A stretch of 64,000 nt of DNA, taken from NCBI GenBank assembly GCA_965228875.1, contig OZ245843.1, forward strand, positions 1,718,616 to 1,782,615, in the 5' to 3' direction. Position numbers and translations under genes: made by a program. The first letter of the stretch is position 1, and each line of letters starts with the position of its first letter. Below are positions 1 to 9,846 of this stretch, piece by piece. The notes under the pieces are model-generated. The model was not told the origin of the DNA and did not search any database. It saw only the letters and a program-made list of their open reading frames with translations. The DNA comes from Thalassobaculaceae bacterium (GTDB lineage Bacteria > Pseudomonadota > Alphaproteobacteria > Thalassobaculales > Thalassobaculaceae).

Positions 1-509
1 CCTCCGGGGTGCATTCCAACGGCTACTCGCTGGTCCGCCGGGTTGTCGAGCGCGCCGACCTGTCCTGGGACGCGCCGGCCCCCTTCGACCCCGAGAAGAG
101 CCTGGCCGAGGCTCTGCTGGCGCCGACCCGGATCTACGTGAAGGCCTGCCTCGCGGCGTTGGAGAGCGATGCGGTCAGCGGCTTCGTCCACGTCACCGGC
201 GGCGGCCTGGTCGAGAACCCGCCCCGGGTCTACGGCGACGATCTCGCCCTGCGCCTCGATCTGTCGTGTTGGACGCCGCCGGCCGTGTTCCCCTGGCTGG
301 CAAGCGCGGGCGGCATCGAGGGCCGGGAAATGCTGCGCACCTTCAACTGCGGCCTCGGCATGCTGGTGGTCGTGCGCGCCGACGCCGTCGACACCGTCGA
401 GACCGCATTGCGGACCCATGGCGAGACGCCGGTCCGCGTCGGCCGGATCGAGCGCCGGGACGGCGACGCCGTGGTGTTCGACGGCCTCGACCAGACCTGG
501 CTGGCGTGA
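1..509 (+). CDS. purM: Phosphoribosylformylglycinamidine cyclo-ligase, C-terminal part (5' truncated by window)
   Basis: SGVHSNGYSLVR, LLAPTRIYV, HVTGGG and EMLRTFNCGLGM motifs; immediately upstream of purN. Confidence 0.96.
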   Translation, partial: SGVHSNGYSLVRRVVERADLSWDAPAPFDPEKSLAEALLAPTRIYVKACLAALESDAVSGFVHVTGGGLVENPPRVYGDDLALRLDLSCWTPPAVFPWLASAGGIEGREMLRTFNCGLGMLVVVRADAVDTVETALRTHGETPVRVGRIERRDGDAVVFDGLDQTWLA

Positions 510-1117
510 TGGCCCGCAAGCGCGTCGGCGTCCTGATCTCCGGCGGGGGCAGCAACCTGCAGGCGCTGATCGACGCGGCCGCCGACCCCGCCTACCCGGG
601 CGAGATCGTGCTGGTGATCTCCAACCGGCCCGGCGCCTACGGCCTGCAGCGCGCGGCGACGGCCAGCATCCCGACCGCGGTGATCGACCACACGGCCTTT
701 CCCGACCGGGCGGCATTCGATTCCGAGATCGACGCCGCCCTGCGCGCCGCGGGGTGCGAGATCGTCTGCCTTGCTGGCTTCATGCGGGTGCTGACGCCGC
801 GGTTCGTCGAGGGCTGGGCCGGACGCATGCTCAACATCCACCCCTCCCTCCTGCCGTCCTTCAAGGGGCTGCACGTCCAGCAGCAGGCCCTGGACGCCGG
901 GGTCAGGATCGCCGGCTGCACGGTGCATCTGGTCACGCCGGACCTGGATGACGGGCCGATCCTGGAGCAGGCCGCCGTCCCCGTGCTCGACGGCGACGAC
1001 GTGGCCTCCCTGTCCGCGCGGATTCTGGAGCAGGAGCACCGGATCTACCCGAAGGCGCTGGCGGCGCTGGCCGGAGGAACCATCCGGATCGAGGGCCGAC
1101 GAGCGGTCTCCGTCTAG
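509..1117 (+). CDS. purN: Phosphoribosylglycinamide formyltransferase
   Basis: ATG at 509 overlaps the purM TGA; VLISGGGSNLQA, LAGFMR, NIHPSLLP and GCTVH..LDDGPI motifs. Confidence 0.97.
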   Translation: MARKRVGVLISGGGSNLQALIDAAADPAYPGEIVLVISNRPGAYGLQRAATASIPTAVIDHTAFPDRAAFDSEIDAALRAAGCEIVCLAGFMRVLTPRFVEGWAGRMLNIHPSLLPSFKGLHVQQQALDAGVRIAGCTVHLVTPDLDDGPILEQAAVPVLDGDDVASLSARILEQEHRIYPKALAALAGGTIRIEGRRAVSV

Positions 1118-1184
1118 ACCGCTTGTTGCAGCGCACAACGGCAGTCTAGACTTTCCGTCGATCAACCGTCCGGAGACCCGCCCG

Positions 1185-1796
1185 ATGCGCCCGACATCCG
1201 CAACCGTCACCGCCGCCGCCCTGGCCGCGACCGCCCTCGCAACCGTTGCCGACCCCGCGCTGGCGCATACCGGCGGCGTACCCATGGCGGGGCTGACGGC
1301 CGGTTTCCTGCACCCGTTCGGCGGGCTCGACCACATTCTGGCGATGGTCGCCGTCGGCGCATCGGCGGCGCTGGTGGGCGGTCGGGTCCTCTGGGCGGTG
1401 CCCCTCGCCTTCATCGCCGCGATGACCGCCGGCGCCCTGGCGGGAGGGGCCGGCATGCCGCTCCCGGGGGTCGAGACCGGGATCGCTCTCTCGGTGGTGG
1501 CGCTCGGTCTCGCGGCGGCCGCCGGCAGGTCGGTCTCGGGCCCGGCGGCCGTGCTCGTCGCCGGCGTCTTCGCGGTATTCCACGGCCATGCCCACGGGGC
1601 GGAGATGCCCGCCGCCGCTTCGGGCCTGCTCTACGGCGCCGGGTTCGTCGCCGCGACGCTTCTGCTGCACGTCGCCGGCCTCGCCGCGACACGGCTGACC
1701 GAGCGCGCGTTCGCCACGGCCGGATCCCGGGGCGTGCGCGTGGCCGGCGCGATCACCGCCTCGCTCGGCCTCGCGCTGGCGGGCGGCGTCCTGTAG
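1185..1796 (+). CDS. HupE/UreJ family Ni/Co transporter
   Basis: Signal peptide ending ALAH; GFLHPFGGLDHILAMVAVG and FHGHAHGAE motifs; hydrophobic. Confidence 0.9.
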   Translation: MRPTSATVTAAALAATALATVADPALAHTGGVPMAGLTAGFLHPFGGLDHILAMVAVGASAALVGGRVLWAVPLAFIAAMTAGALAGGAGMPLPGVETGIALSVVALGLAAAAGRSVSGPAAVLVAGVFAVFHGHAHGAEMPAAASGLLYGAGFVAATLLLHVAGLAATRLTERAFATAGSRGVRVAGAITASLGLALAGGVL

Positions 1797-1900
1797 GGCG
1801 GCGGCCGGTCGCAGTCGCAGCCAAGAGACTTTTCGTGCCGCATCCGTTCCCGTATATTCGCGGCGATTAACGTACCTGCGCCTGGGAGGGTATTGAACGC

Positions 1901-2035
1901 ATGACCGGTAACGATCAATTCGCGGAGTTGACCCGAGAGCGCAAGGCGTTCTGGGACGGCTTCATGAGCATGACGCTGTGGACGGGAGTGGTGCTCGCCG
2001 TCATCGTCGCGCTGATGGCGGTCTTCCTCGTCTGA
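1901..2035 (+). CDS. Small membrane protein, likely aa3-type cytochrome c oxidase subunit IV (44 aa)
   Basis: Own translation MTGNDQFAELTRERKAFWDGFMSMTLWTGVVLAVIVALMAVFLV; GGGAGG RBS at ~1884; WxGF plus single TM helix ending MAxFL; below the ORF-track cutoff. Confidence 0.7.
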   Translation: MTGNDQFAELTRERKAFWDGFMSMTLWTGVVLAVIVALMAVFLV

Positions 2036-2113
2036 TCCGGCGCGTCGGTCCCCGCCGCCCGATCGGGAACGGCGAGACAACCGAACGACACCGCAGAACG
2101 ACAGTGCCGAACG

Positions 2114-2145
2114 AAAAAGGGCCGGTCCCCTCGGGGCCGGCCCTT
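2114..2145 (-). terminator. Intrinsic terminator downstream of ndk
   Basis: AAAAAGGGCCGGTCCCC-TC-GGGGCCGGCCCTT hairpin with T-run on the minus strand. Confidence 0.75.
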
Positions 2146-2181
2146 CTCGTATCAGTGGTCAGGGTTCAGCGGTCGGTCGGC

Positions 2182-2604
2182 TCAGCCGACGATCTCGTTG
2201 CCGCTGAAGAACTGGGCGATCTCGACCGCGGCGGTCTCGGCCGCGTCGGAGCCGTGCACCGAGTTCTCGCCGATCGACTTGGCGAAGGCCTTGCGGATCG
2301 TGCCCTCGGCCGCCTCGGCCGGGTTCGTGGCGCCCATGACCTCACGGTACTTGGCGATGGCGTTGTCGCCCTCCAGCACCTGGACGACGACCGGGGCGGA
2401 GATCATGAAGTCGACAAGCTCGCCGAAGAACGGACGCTCCTTGTGGACGGCGTAGAAGGTCTCGGCCTGGCCGCGGGTCATCTGGATCCGCTTCTGCGCG
2501 ACGATGCGCAGGCCCGCCTCTTCGATCTTGGCGTTGACGGCGCCGGTCAGGTTCCGCTCGGTGGCGTCCGGCTTGATGATGGAGAAGGTGCGCTCGAGGG
2601 CCAT
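2182..2604 (-). CDS. ndk: Nucleoside diphosphate kinase
   Basis: [14 protein letters not shown] start; ENSVHGSD catalytic His motif; 140 aa. Confidence 0.97.
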   Translation of the reverse strand: MALERTFSIIKPDATERNLTGAVNAKIEEAGLRIVAQKRIQMTRGQAETFYAVHKERPFFGELVDFMISAPVVVQVLEGDNAIAKYREVMGATNPAEAAEGTIRKAFAKSIGENSVHGSDAAETAAVEIAQFFSGNEIVG

Positions 2605-2748
2605 GGCTCTCTCTTCCGTTTGGCGTGTTTGCGGGATAGGTGGCTCGGGCACGGCGCCCGGACGCCCTGTAATGGCGCGGGCCTTATAGCGACGCCGGCA
2701 CGGGGCGGCAAGCCGCGCGAGCGCCGGTATGCCGTGGCGGCGACCGTG

Positions 2749-3198
2749 CTACCCCGCCTTCTCCCAGCCGCCATTGTCCTTCTGGCGCCAGTAGGTGAGC
2801 GTGTGGCCGGCTTCGCGCGCCGTCTTCCAGCGTCCCCGCGCCGCCGCCACCGCCTGGTCGTCGCGGCCGTCGAACAGGTCGAACACCCGCCTGAAACTGT
2901 CCATGTCGGACGCCTCGGTCCCGTCGGCGAGAAACAGGAAACCGGCGCCGTTCGGGTTCTCCTCCCGGTCGGTCAGCCATATCGGCTGAAGCTCCGCCTC
3001 GCCTTCCTTCTCGGTTCCGTGCGGCAGCCAGGAACGCTCCTCGTAGGTCCAGAGATGGGCATTCACCGCTTGTACCCGCTCGGCCGAGGCGAAGCGCACC
3101 ACCGCCCGCTCCCCCGCCTCGAGCGTCTTCTCCAGGAGCTTCGGCAGCGCCCGCTCCAGCGCCGTCGCGGTCAGGTGATAGAAGCCGATCTCGGTCAC
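2749..3198 (-). CDS. holC: DNA polymerase III chi subunit
   Basis: EIGFYHL, LWTY..SWLPHG and AARGRWK motifs. Confidence 0.92.
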   Translation of the reverse strand: MTEIGFYHLTATALERALPKLLEKTLEAGERAVVRFASAERVQAVNAHLWTYEERSWLPHGTEKEGEAELQPIWLTDREENPNGAGFLFLADGTEASDMDSFRRVFDLFDGRDDQAVAAARGRWKTAREAGHTLTYWRQKDNGGWEKAG

Positions 3199-3301
3199 GG
3201 GCGCCGGGTCTCCGACAGGCAGTGGACGACGGTTTCACAAGCGATGACGGCCCCCGTCCCGAGGGTGTAGGTTTCCGACGACCCCATATCCGGAGCAGGC
3301 C

Positions 3302-6300
3302 ATGACCGCATCGCCGGCCGAGCATAGCCATTCCGCCGCCCCGAACGCCAACGCCGATCTGCGCGCCGCGATCCGTGCGGCGACGCTGGCCCCGGAACGC
3401 GACCGGATCCCCGCGTTGAAGCAGACGGCCGCGCTGTCGGAAGCGGACCGGACGGCGATCTCGACGGACGCGGCTCGGTTGGTCGAAAGCGTACGGTCGT
3501 CGACCGAGCCGACGGTGATGGAGAGTTTTCTCGCCGAGTATGGCCTCTCGACCAAGGAGGGCATCGCCCTGATGTGCCTGGCGGAGGCGCTGCTACGGGT
3601 GCCGGACACGCCGACCATCGACGCGCTGATCGAGGACAAGATCGTGCCGGGCGAATGGGGTCAGCATCTCGGCCATTCCTCCTCGTCGCTGGTCAACGCC
3701 TCGACCTGGGCGCTGATGCTGACCGGCGGCGTACTGCGCCCCGGCGAGCAGCAGGGGCTGGTGACGGCATTGCGCGGGGCCGTCCGGCGCCTCGGCGAGC
3801 CGGTCGTCCGCACCGCCACCGGCCAGGCGATGATCGAGCTCGGGCGCCAGTTCGTGCTCGGCCGCTCCATCGAGGAGGCGATGAAACGCGGCGCCGGCAT
3901 GGAGGCGAAAGGCTACACCTACTCCTTCGACATGCTCGGCGAGGCGGCCAGGACCGAGGCCGACGCCCGGCGCTACCACCTCGCCTATTCCGACGCGATC
4001 ACCGCCATCGCCCCCGCCTGCAGGTCCACGGACATTCGCGAGAATCCGGGGATCTCGGTCAAGCTCTCGGCCCTGCACGCGCGCTATGAGTTCCCGCAGA
4101 AGAAGCGGGTGATGAGCGAGCTGACGGCCCGCGCCCGCTCGCTCGCCCTGCTGGCGAAGAGCGCGAACATGGGCTTCAACATCGACGCCGAAGAGGCCGA
4201 CCGGCTCGATCTGTCGCTCGACGTCATCGAGGCTGTGCTGAGCGACGAGGCGCTGGCTGGCTGGGACGGCTTCGGCGTTGTGGTCCAGGCCTTCGGCCCG
4301 CGTGCGGAGCCGGTCCTCCACTGGCTGCACAATCTGGCCGTGAGGCTCGACCGCCGGATCATGGTGCGGCTGGTCAAGGGCGCGTACTGGGACACCGAGA
4401 TCAAGCGCGCGCAGACCCTGGGACTCGACGGCTATCCGGTGTTCACCCGCAAGGCGAACACCGACGTGTCCTACATCGCCTGCGCCCGGACCCTGCTCGG
4501 CATGACCGACCGGATCTATCCGCAGTTCGCCACCCACAACGCCCACACCGCCGCCGCGATCCTGCACATGGCGGGCCGGGACCGGGACGGTTTCGAGTTC
4601 CAGCGCCTGCATGGCATGGGCGAGTCCCTGCACGACACGGTGAAGCAGGAATACGCCACCCGCTGCCGGATCTACGCACCGGTCGGCAAGCACAAGGATC
4701 TGCTCGCCTATCTGGTGCGCCGGCTGCTGGAGAACGGCGCCAACTCGTCCTTCGTGAACCAGATCGTCGACACCTCGGTGCCGGCGGAAACGGTCGCCGC
4801 CGACCCTTTCCCCCAGGCCGGCGCCGCCAATCCCCGGATACCGATGCCGGCGGCGCTCTACGGCCCGGCCCGGCGGAACGCCCGGGGATGGGACCATACC
4901 GACCCGGTCGACGTCGCCGCCCTCGACACGGCCCGCGCGGCCTTCGACACCGAGACATGGCACGCCGGGCCGACCCATGGCGGCGACCGCGACGGGCGCG
5001 ACGTCGTCAATCCGGCGGACCCGGACGACATCGTCGGACGTGTCGTCGAGGCCGGCGCGGCGGAGGTCGAGGACGCCATCCTGCGCGCCCGGGCCGCGTT
5101 CCCCGCCTACTCCGGCTGGACGGCAGAGGAGCGGGCCGCGGCGATCGAGAGGGTCGCCGACCTGTACGAGGCGAACGCGCCGGAGCTGTTCGTCATCCTG
5201 GCGCGGGAGGCGGGAAAGACCCTGCTCGACGCCATCGGCGAGGTGCGCGAGGCGGTCGACTTCTGCCGCTACTACGCCGCCGAGACCCGGCGGTTCGGCG
5301 ATGCCGAGACGGGACGCGGCACCTTCGTGTGCATCTCGCCCTGGAATTTCCCGCTCGCTATCTTCACCGGTCAGATCGCCGCCGCGCTGGTTTCCGGCAA
5401 CACGGTGATCGCCAAGCCGGCCGAGCAGACCCCGCTGATCGCCGCCGCCGCCGTCGCGCTGATGCACGCGGCCGGGATCCCGGACGGCGTTCTCCAACTC
5501 CTGCCCGGCGATGGCGCAACGGTGGGGGCAGCCCTGGTCGGCGACCCACGGATCGACGGTGTGTGTTTCACCGGCTCGACCGAAACGGCCCGGCGCATCC
5601 AGAAGGCCATGGCCGAGACCGGAGCGGCGGAGGCGCCGCTGATCGCCGAGACCGGCGGGCTCAACGCCATGATCGTCGACAGCACCGCGCTCCCGGAACA
5701 GGCGGTCCGCGACATCCTCGCCTCAGCGTTTCAGAGCGCCGGGCAGCGCTGCTCGGCCCTGCGCTGCCTCTACGTCCAGCGCGAGGTCAAGGACCGGTTG
5801 CTCGAGATGCTGTTCGGCGCCATGGACGAGCTCTCCGTCGGCGATCCGCGGCGGCTGTCGACCGATATCGGCCCGGTCATCGACGCCGAGGCCCGCGACG
5901 GGATCGAGGCGCACTGCACCGAGATGGCCGAGGACGGCAAGCTGCTGAAGCGCCTCAAAGCGCCGGCGGCCGGCACCTTCGTCCCGCCGACCGTGATCGA
6001 GGTCGCCGGCATCGACGAGCTGGAGCGCGAGGTCTTCGGCCCCGTCCTGCATGTCGCGACCTACGCGCCCGAGGACCTGGACGCCGTGGTCGACGCGGTC
6101 AACGCCAAAGGATACGGCCTCACCTTCGGCCTGCACACCCGCGTCGACTCCCGGGTGCAGCAGGTGGTCGACCGCGCCAGGGTCGGCAATCTCTACGTCA
6201 ACCGCAATCAGATCGGTGCCATCGTCGGCTCCCAGCCCTTCGGCGGCGAGGGCCTGTCCGGCACCGGCCCCAAGGCCGGCGGCCCGCACTACCTGTCCCG

Positions 6301-6931
6301 CTTCCGCTCTGCCGGCGAGACGCCGGAAGCAGCGGAGGGTTCCGCACCCACGCTGGACGACGCCGCCCTCTCCCGTCTGGTGGCGTCGGTCACCGGTGCC
6401 CCGTCGCTGCGCGCCGTCGGCCGGGCACTCAGCGGTCCCTCCTTCGCGCTCGACGCCGCCGCGGCGGTCGCCGGCCAGACGCTCGAACTGCCGGGACCGA
6501 CCGGCGAGAGCAACCGCTTCAGCGTGCATCCCCGCGGCCTGATCCTGTGCCTCGGCCCAAGCGCGGGGGCGGCGCGCGACCAGGCGATCCAGGCCCTGGC
6601 CACGGGCAACCGGGCCGTGGTCGTCGCCCCCGGTGCGGCCGCCGCGCTGGACGATCTCAAGGACCTGGCACCGGCGCTCGCCATCGCCGAAGGAACCGTC
6701 GATCCCGCCGCCCTGGAAACAGTCCCGGGCATCGACGGTGTGGCCTTGGCCGGCGACCGCGAGACAATCCGCCCCCTCGCCCAAGCCCTGGCAAGGCGCG
6801 ACGGCCCCCTACTGACGGTGATCGCCGACCGGATCGATCCGGAACGCTACGTGCTTGAGCGTCACCTGTGCATCGATACCACGGCGGCCGGCGGCAATGC
6901 CTCGCTGCTGGCGGCAAGCGCACCGGCCTGA
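3302..6931 (+). CDS. putA: Bifunctional proline dehydrogenase / P5C dehydrogenase
   Basis: EGIALMCLAEALLRVPD, SFDMLGEAA, RLVKGAYWD, RRLLENGANSSF, ETGGLN, QRCSALR; C-terminal ALDH-like domain ending NTTAAGGNA-type (DTTAAGGNASL). Confidence 0.97.
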   Translation: MTASPAEHSHSAAPNANADLRAAIRAATLAPERDRIPALKQTAALSEADRTAISTDAARLVESVRSSTEPTVMESFLAEYGLSTKEGIALMCLAEALLRVPDTPTIDALIEDKIVPGEWGQHLGHSSSSLVNASTWALMLTGGVLRPGEQQGLVTALRGAVRRLGEPVVRTATGQAMIELGRQFVLGRSIEEAMKRGAGMEAKGYTYSFDMLGEAARTEADARRYHLAYSDAITAIAPACRSTDIRENPGISVKLSALHARYEFPQKKRVMSELTARARSLALLAKSANMGFNIDAEEADRLDLSLDVIEAVLSDEALAGWDGFGVVVQAFGPRAEPVLHWLHNLAVRLDRRIMVRLVKGAYWDTEIKRAQTLGLDGYPVFTRKANTDVSYIACARTLLGMTDRIYPQFATHNAHTAAAILHMAGRDRDGFEFQRLHGMGESLHDTVKQEYATRCRIYAPVGKHKDLLAYLVRRLLENGANSSFVNQIVDTSVPAETVAADPFPQAGAANPRIPMPAALYGPARRNARGWDHTDPVDVAALDTARAAFDTETWHAGPTHGGDRDGRDVVNPADPDDIVGRVVEAGAAEVEDAILRARAAFPAYSGWTAEERAAAIERVADLYEANAPELFVILAREAGKTLLDAIGEVREAVDFCRYYAAETRRFGDAETGRGTFVCISPWNFPLAIFTGQIAAALVSGNTVIAKPAEQTPLIAAAAVALMHAAGIPDGVLQLLPGDGATVGAALVGDPRIDGVCFTGSTETARRIQKAMAETGAAEAPLIAETGGLNAMIVDSTALPEQAVRDILASAFQSAGQRCSALRCLYVQREVKDRLLEMLFGAMDELSVGDPRRLSTDIGPVIDAEARDGIEAHCTEMAEDGKLLKRLKAPAAGTFVPPTVIEVAGIDELEREVFGPVLHVATYAPEDLDAVVDAVNAKGYGLTFGLHTRVDSRVQQVVDRARVGNLYVNRNQIGAIVGSQPFGGEGLSGTGPKAGGPHYLSRFRSAGETPEAAEGSAPTLDDAALSRLVASVTGAPSLRAVGRALSGPSFALDAAAAVAGQTLELPGPTGESNRFSVHPRGLILCLGPSAGAARDQAIQALATGNRAVVVAPGAAAALDDLKDLAPALAIAEGTVDPAALETVPGIDGVALAGDRETIRPLAQALARRDGPLLTVIADRIDPERYVLERHLCIDTTAAGGNASLLAASAPA

Positions 6932-6998
6932 CGCGCACCGACGTGGCCTGTGGTGTGCGGGACTTGGCCTCCTGGTTGGATTCGGCGATAGAGGGCGA

Positions 6999-8213
6999 TC
7001 AGGCGGCCTGCTCACGCCGGGTCAATGCCAACGCGATGAGATAGGCGGACAGCCCGACCAGCACGCAGCCAAAGACCGTCCAACGTACGGCATCGTAGCC
7101 GCCGACTTCCCAGATCAGCGCCGCCAGCGTCGCCGACACCGCCGATGCCCCCATGAAACCCAGCGCCAGGGCACCGGAAATCGCCCCGAACCCGGCCCGA
7201 CCCAGGATCTCGGCCGTGACCACCGGCCGGGTGATCGACGTCACCCCGTAGCCCGAGCCCTGGAGCACGACGAACAGGACCAGCAGGATCGGCCAGTATC
7301 CCGCGCCGATCAGCGACGAGATGGCGCCGATCATGAACAGGAACGAGATGGCGCAGATGATCTGCATCGACAGACGCCGCTCGACCGCCACCATGGCGAC
7401 CCGGCCGGCCACCTGCATCGGCCCGATCATGGAGGCGGCGAACACCGCCGTGGCCACCGGGACGTCCCGCTCGGCCAGCATCGGCAGCAGGTGGGTGATG
7501 ATGATGCCGTGGGTCAGGCCGATCATCGAGAAAGTGATCCCGAGCAGCCAGAAAGACGCGCGCCCCATGGCCCGCCGGAGGTCGGACTTGCCGTCTGGTG
7601 CCGCCTTGGCCGGCGGCTCCTCTTCCGGCGCCGGCAGGGCCGTGCCGTAGCGGAACAGCGGGATCGCGACGGCAAGGATGATCACGGCGAAGGTCAGGAC
7701 CGCCACGCGCCAGCCGGAGGTCTCCGCCACGAAACCGGCGAGCGGAAAGGACACGGTGCCGGCGAACCCGGCGATCAGCGTGATCCGGGTGATCGCCCGG
7801 CGCGCCTGTCCGCCCATCATCCGGGTGACGAAGGCGAAGCACGGCTCGTACAGGCAGCCGGACATGCACACGCCGATGCCGAGCCAGAGCACGAAGAACT
7901 GCCAGGACGCGTCGATGATGCTCAGGAGCCCGACCAGAACGCCGCCGGTCACGGCGCACACGGTGAGCACGGCACGGCCATGGCCCCGGTCGATCAGCTT
8001 GCCCATGAATGGCGCGCAGACCGCCGAGCAGATCAGGGCGGCCGTATAGGCGCCGGCGAGCTCGGTCTTGGACCAGCCGAGATCGGCTTCCCAATGCGCG
8101 ATCAGGGCCGGGAAGCTGTAGAACATCCCGGCCCAGACGAGGGTCTCTGCGATGGCAAGGGCGGCGACGCGCCCGGTGGGAAACGTCGCCGCCGCAGAAG
8201 CGGTGGAGGTCAA
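6999..8213 (-). CDS. MFS transporter, ArsK-like by context
   Basis: ~404 aa, highly hydrophobic; GKLIDRGHGR MFS loop motif; TTG start overlaps the arsP stop; downstream of arsR-arsP. Confidence 0.75.
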   Translation of the reverse strand: MTSTASAAATFPTGRVAALAIAETLVWAGMFYSFPALIAHWEADLGWSKTELAGAYTAALICSAVCAPFMGKLIDRGHGRAVLTVCAVTGGVLVGLLSIIDASWQFFVLWLGIGVCMSGCLYEPCFAFVTRMMGGQARRAITRITLIAGFAGTVSFPLAGFVAETSGWRVAVLTFAVIILAVAIPLFRYGTALPAPEEEPPAKAAPDGKSDLRRAMGRASFWLLGITFSMIGLTHGIIITHLLPMLAERDVPVATAVFAASMIGPMQVAGRVAMVAVERRLSMQIICAISFLFMIGAISSLIGAGYWPILLVLFVVLQGSGYGVTSITRPVVTAEILGRAGFGAISGALALGFMGASAVSATLAALIWEVGGYDAVRWTVFGCVLVGLSAYLIALALTRREQAA

Positions 8214-9235
8214 GCGATCACGCCGTACAGCGCTCCCATGGAAAAGGCCCCGATGAAGGCGAACCCCAGGTATACGGCGAAGACATGCGGGCGTGCCAGG
8301 GCCCAAACCGCGATCATCGCCGGGATCGAGCTGACGCCGCCGGCCAACAGGAAGGCCATGCCCGCACCCGGGGCCATGCCCTGCTCGATCAGGCCGCCGA
8401 CCAGCGGCAGGGCCGCGTAGCCGTTCAGGTACGCCGGCACGCCGACCAGGGTGGCGCCCAGTACCGGCAACCAGCCGTCGCCGCCGATGACGGAACTGAC
8501 GGTTTCGGCCGGGATGTAGGCGAGCATCAGGCTCTCCAGGAAGAAGGCGACCGCCAGCCACTTGCCGAGAAACAGGGTGTTCTCCCAGGCGTTCCGGGCG
8601 AACCGCTCGCGCCGGGGCTGTTCGCCCCAGAACTTCCAAACGACCTGCTTCGGCGCCCGCACGCTGGATGCGCCGCAGCCACCGTTGCCGACGCCGTCGC
8701 GCAGCGGGTTCTCGAAGCCGCCGGCCCGGACCACGGCGAAGGTACCGAAGCCGCCGACCAGACCGACCGCGATCGCGGCGAAGACCTTGTAGATCGCGAA
8801 GTCCATGCCGAGCGTGCCGGCGGTCAGGAAAAACATCGACGGATCCATCAGCGGCGATGCCAGCCAGAACGCCATCACCGGCGCGAGCGGCACGCCCATG
8901 GACAGCAGGGCGGCGATCAGCGGTATGACGCCACAGCTGCAGAACGGCGACAGCGCCCCCATCAGCGCGGCGGCGACGACCATGGTTACCTCCCGGCCCT
9001 CGAAGGCCCGGGCGATCAGACTGTCGGCGCCACTCGCCTTGGCGTAGGCGGCGATCGCGATGGACGCGAGCAGGAACGGGGCAACGCCGATCAGCGCGTC
9101 GCCGACAAAGATGGCGCTGGCGACTGCTTGATCGGCGGCGAGCGCCGCCAGGACCGCGAACGCGCCGAGGACGACGACAACGGTCCAATCGACCTTGCCC
9201 GCCAGGCGCTTGGTGGTGAGGGCCATGTCGGCCAT
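8210..9235 (-). CDS. arsP: ArsP/DUF318 family permease
   Basis: SPFCSCGVIPL motif, MAFWLASPLMDP, GAGMAFLLAG; AAGGAG RBS before ATG 9235. Confidence 0.8.
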   Translation of the reverse strand: MADMALTTKRLAGKVDWTVVVVLGAFAVLAALAADQAVASAIFVGDALIGVAPFLLASIAIAAYAKASGADSLIARAFEGREVTMVVAAALMGALSPFCSCGVIPLIAALLSMGVPLAPVMAFWLASPLMDPSMFFLTAGTLGMDFAIYKVFAAIAVGLVGGFGTFAVVRAGGFENPLRDGVGNGGCGASSVRAPKQVVWKFWGEQPRRERFARNAWENTLFLGKWLAVAFFLESLMLAYIPAETVSSVIGGDGWLPVLGATLVGVPAYLNGYAALPLVGGLIEQGMAPGAGMAFLLAGGVSSIPAMIAVWALARPHVFAVYLGFAFIGAFSMGALYGVIA

Positions 9236-9299
9236 TGGGAGGCTCCTTTTCGTCTCTATTCCCAAGAATATCGACATTCCTGGGCAAAAAAAAAGCGTT

Positions 9300-9611
9300 T
9301 CAGGCGGCGTCGCAGGACTTTCCGGCGGCGTCGGCGCAGCACTCGAGGGTCAGGAAGTCGATCGTCGCCTGCATGGCGTCGTAGTTGGCGTGACAGTACA
9401 GCGTCGTCCCGTCCCGCTCCTGGCGGACCAGGCCGACGGCGATCAGCTTGTGCAGATGGTGCGACAGGGTCGACCGTGCCGTCCCGGTCCGTACCTGCAC
9501 CTCGCCGACCGGCAGACCGTCATGTCCGGCCCGCACCAGGATGCGGAAGATCTCGAGCCGGGTTTCGTTGCCCAGCGCCTCCAGCCGGCGGGATGTCTCG
9601 GTGCTGTCCAT
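9300..9611 (-). CDS. arsR: ArsR/SmtB family repressor with C-terminal Cys-Cys As(III) site
   Basis: LEALGNETRLEIFRILV, STLSHHL, GLVRQERDG; C-terminal ECCADAAGKSC. Confidence 0.88.
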   Translation of the reverse strand: MDSTETSRRLEALGNETRLEIFRILVRAGHDGLPVGEVQVRTGTARSTLSHHLHKLIAVGLVRQERDGTTLYCHANYDAMQATIDFLTLECCADAAGKSCDAA

Positions 9612-9641
9612 TAGCCACATATACGCCGGGTCACACATGGC

Positions 9642-9669
9642 TTCAACGATATTCCGAAAAATATTGGAA
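9642..9669. promoter_or_regulatory. Putative ArsR operator
   Basis: AT-rich imperfect palindrome TTCAACGATATTCCGAAAAATATTGGAA ~30 nt upstream of arsR. Confidence 0.5.
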
Positions 9670-9846
9670 TAATGTTGAAGCCACTGATGACCTCCCCGGA
9701 CCTGGTCCGGGGCCGACCTCCGCGCTGCACCTGAGCATGGAAGGTCGGCGGCACGCCGATGCGTGGCCCCCGGCACAGAGCCGGGGAGTGGAGGAAAGTT
9801 GGGGCGCTTGTCCGCAGAAACCGCCCGAGCCGGCCGGACCACCGCC

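Noticed and set aside
1118..1184. Cobalamin or nickel riboswitch before hupE/ureJ
   Set aside because: Intergenic gap is only ~67 nt with no B12-box features
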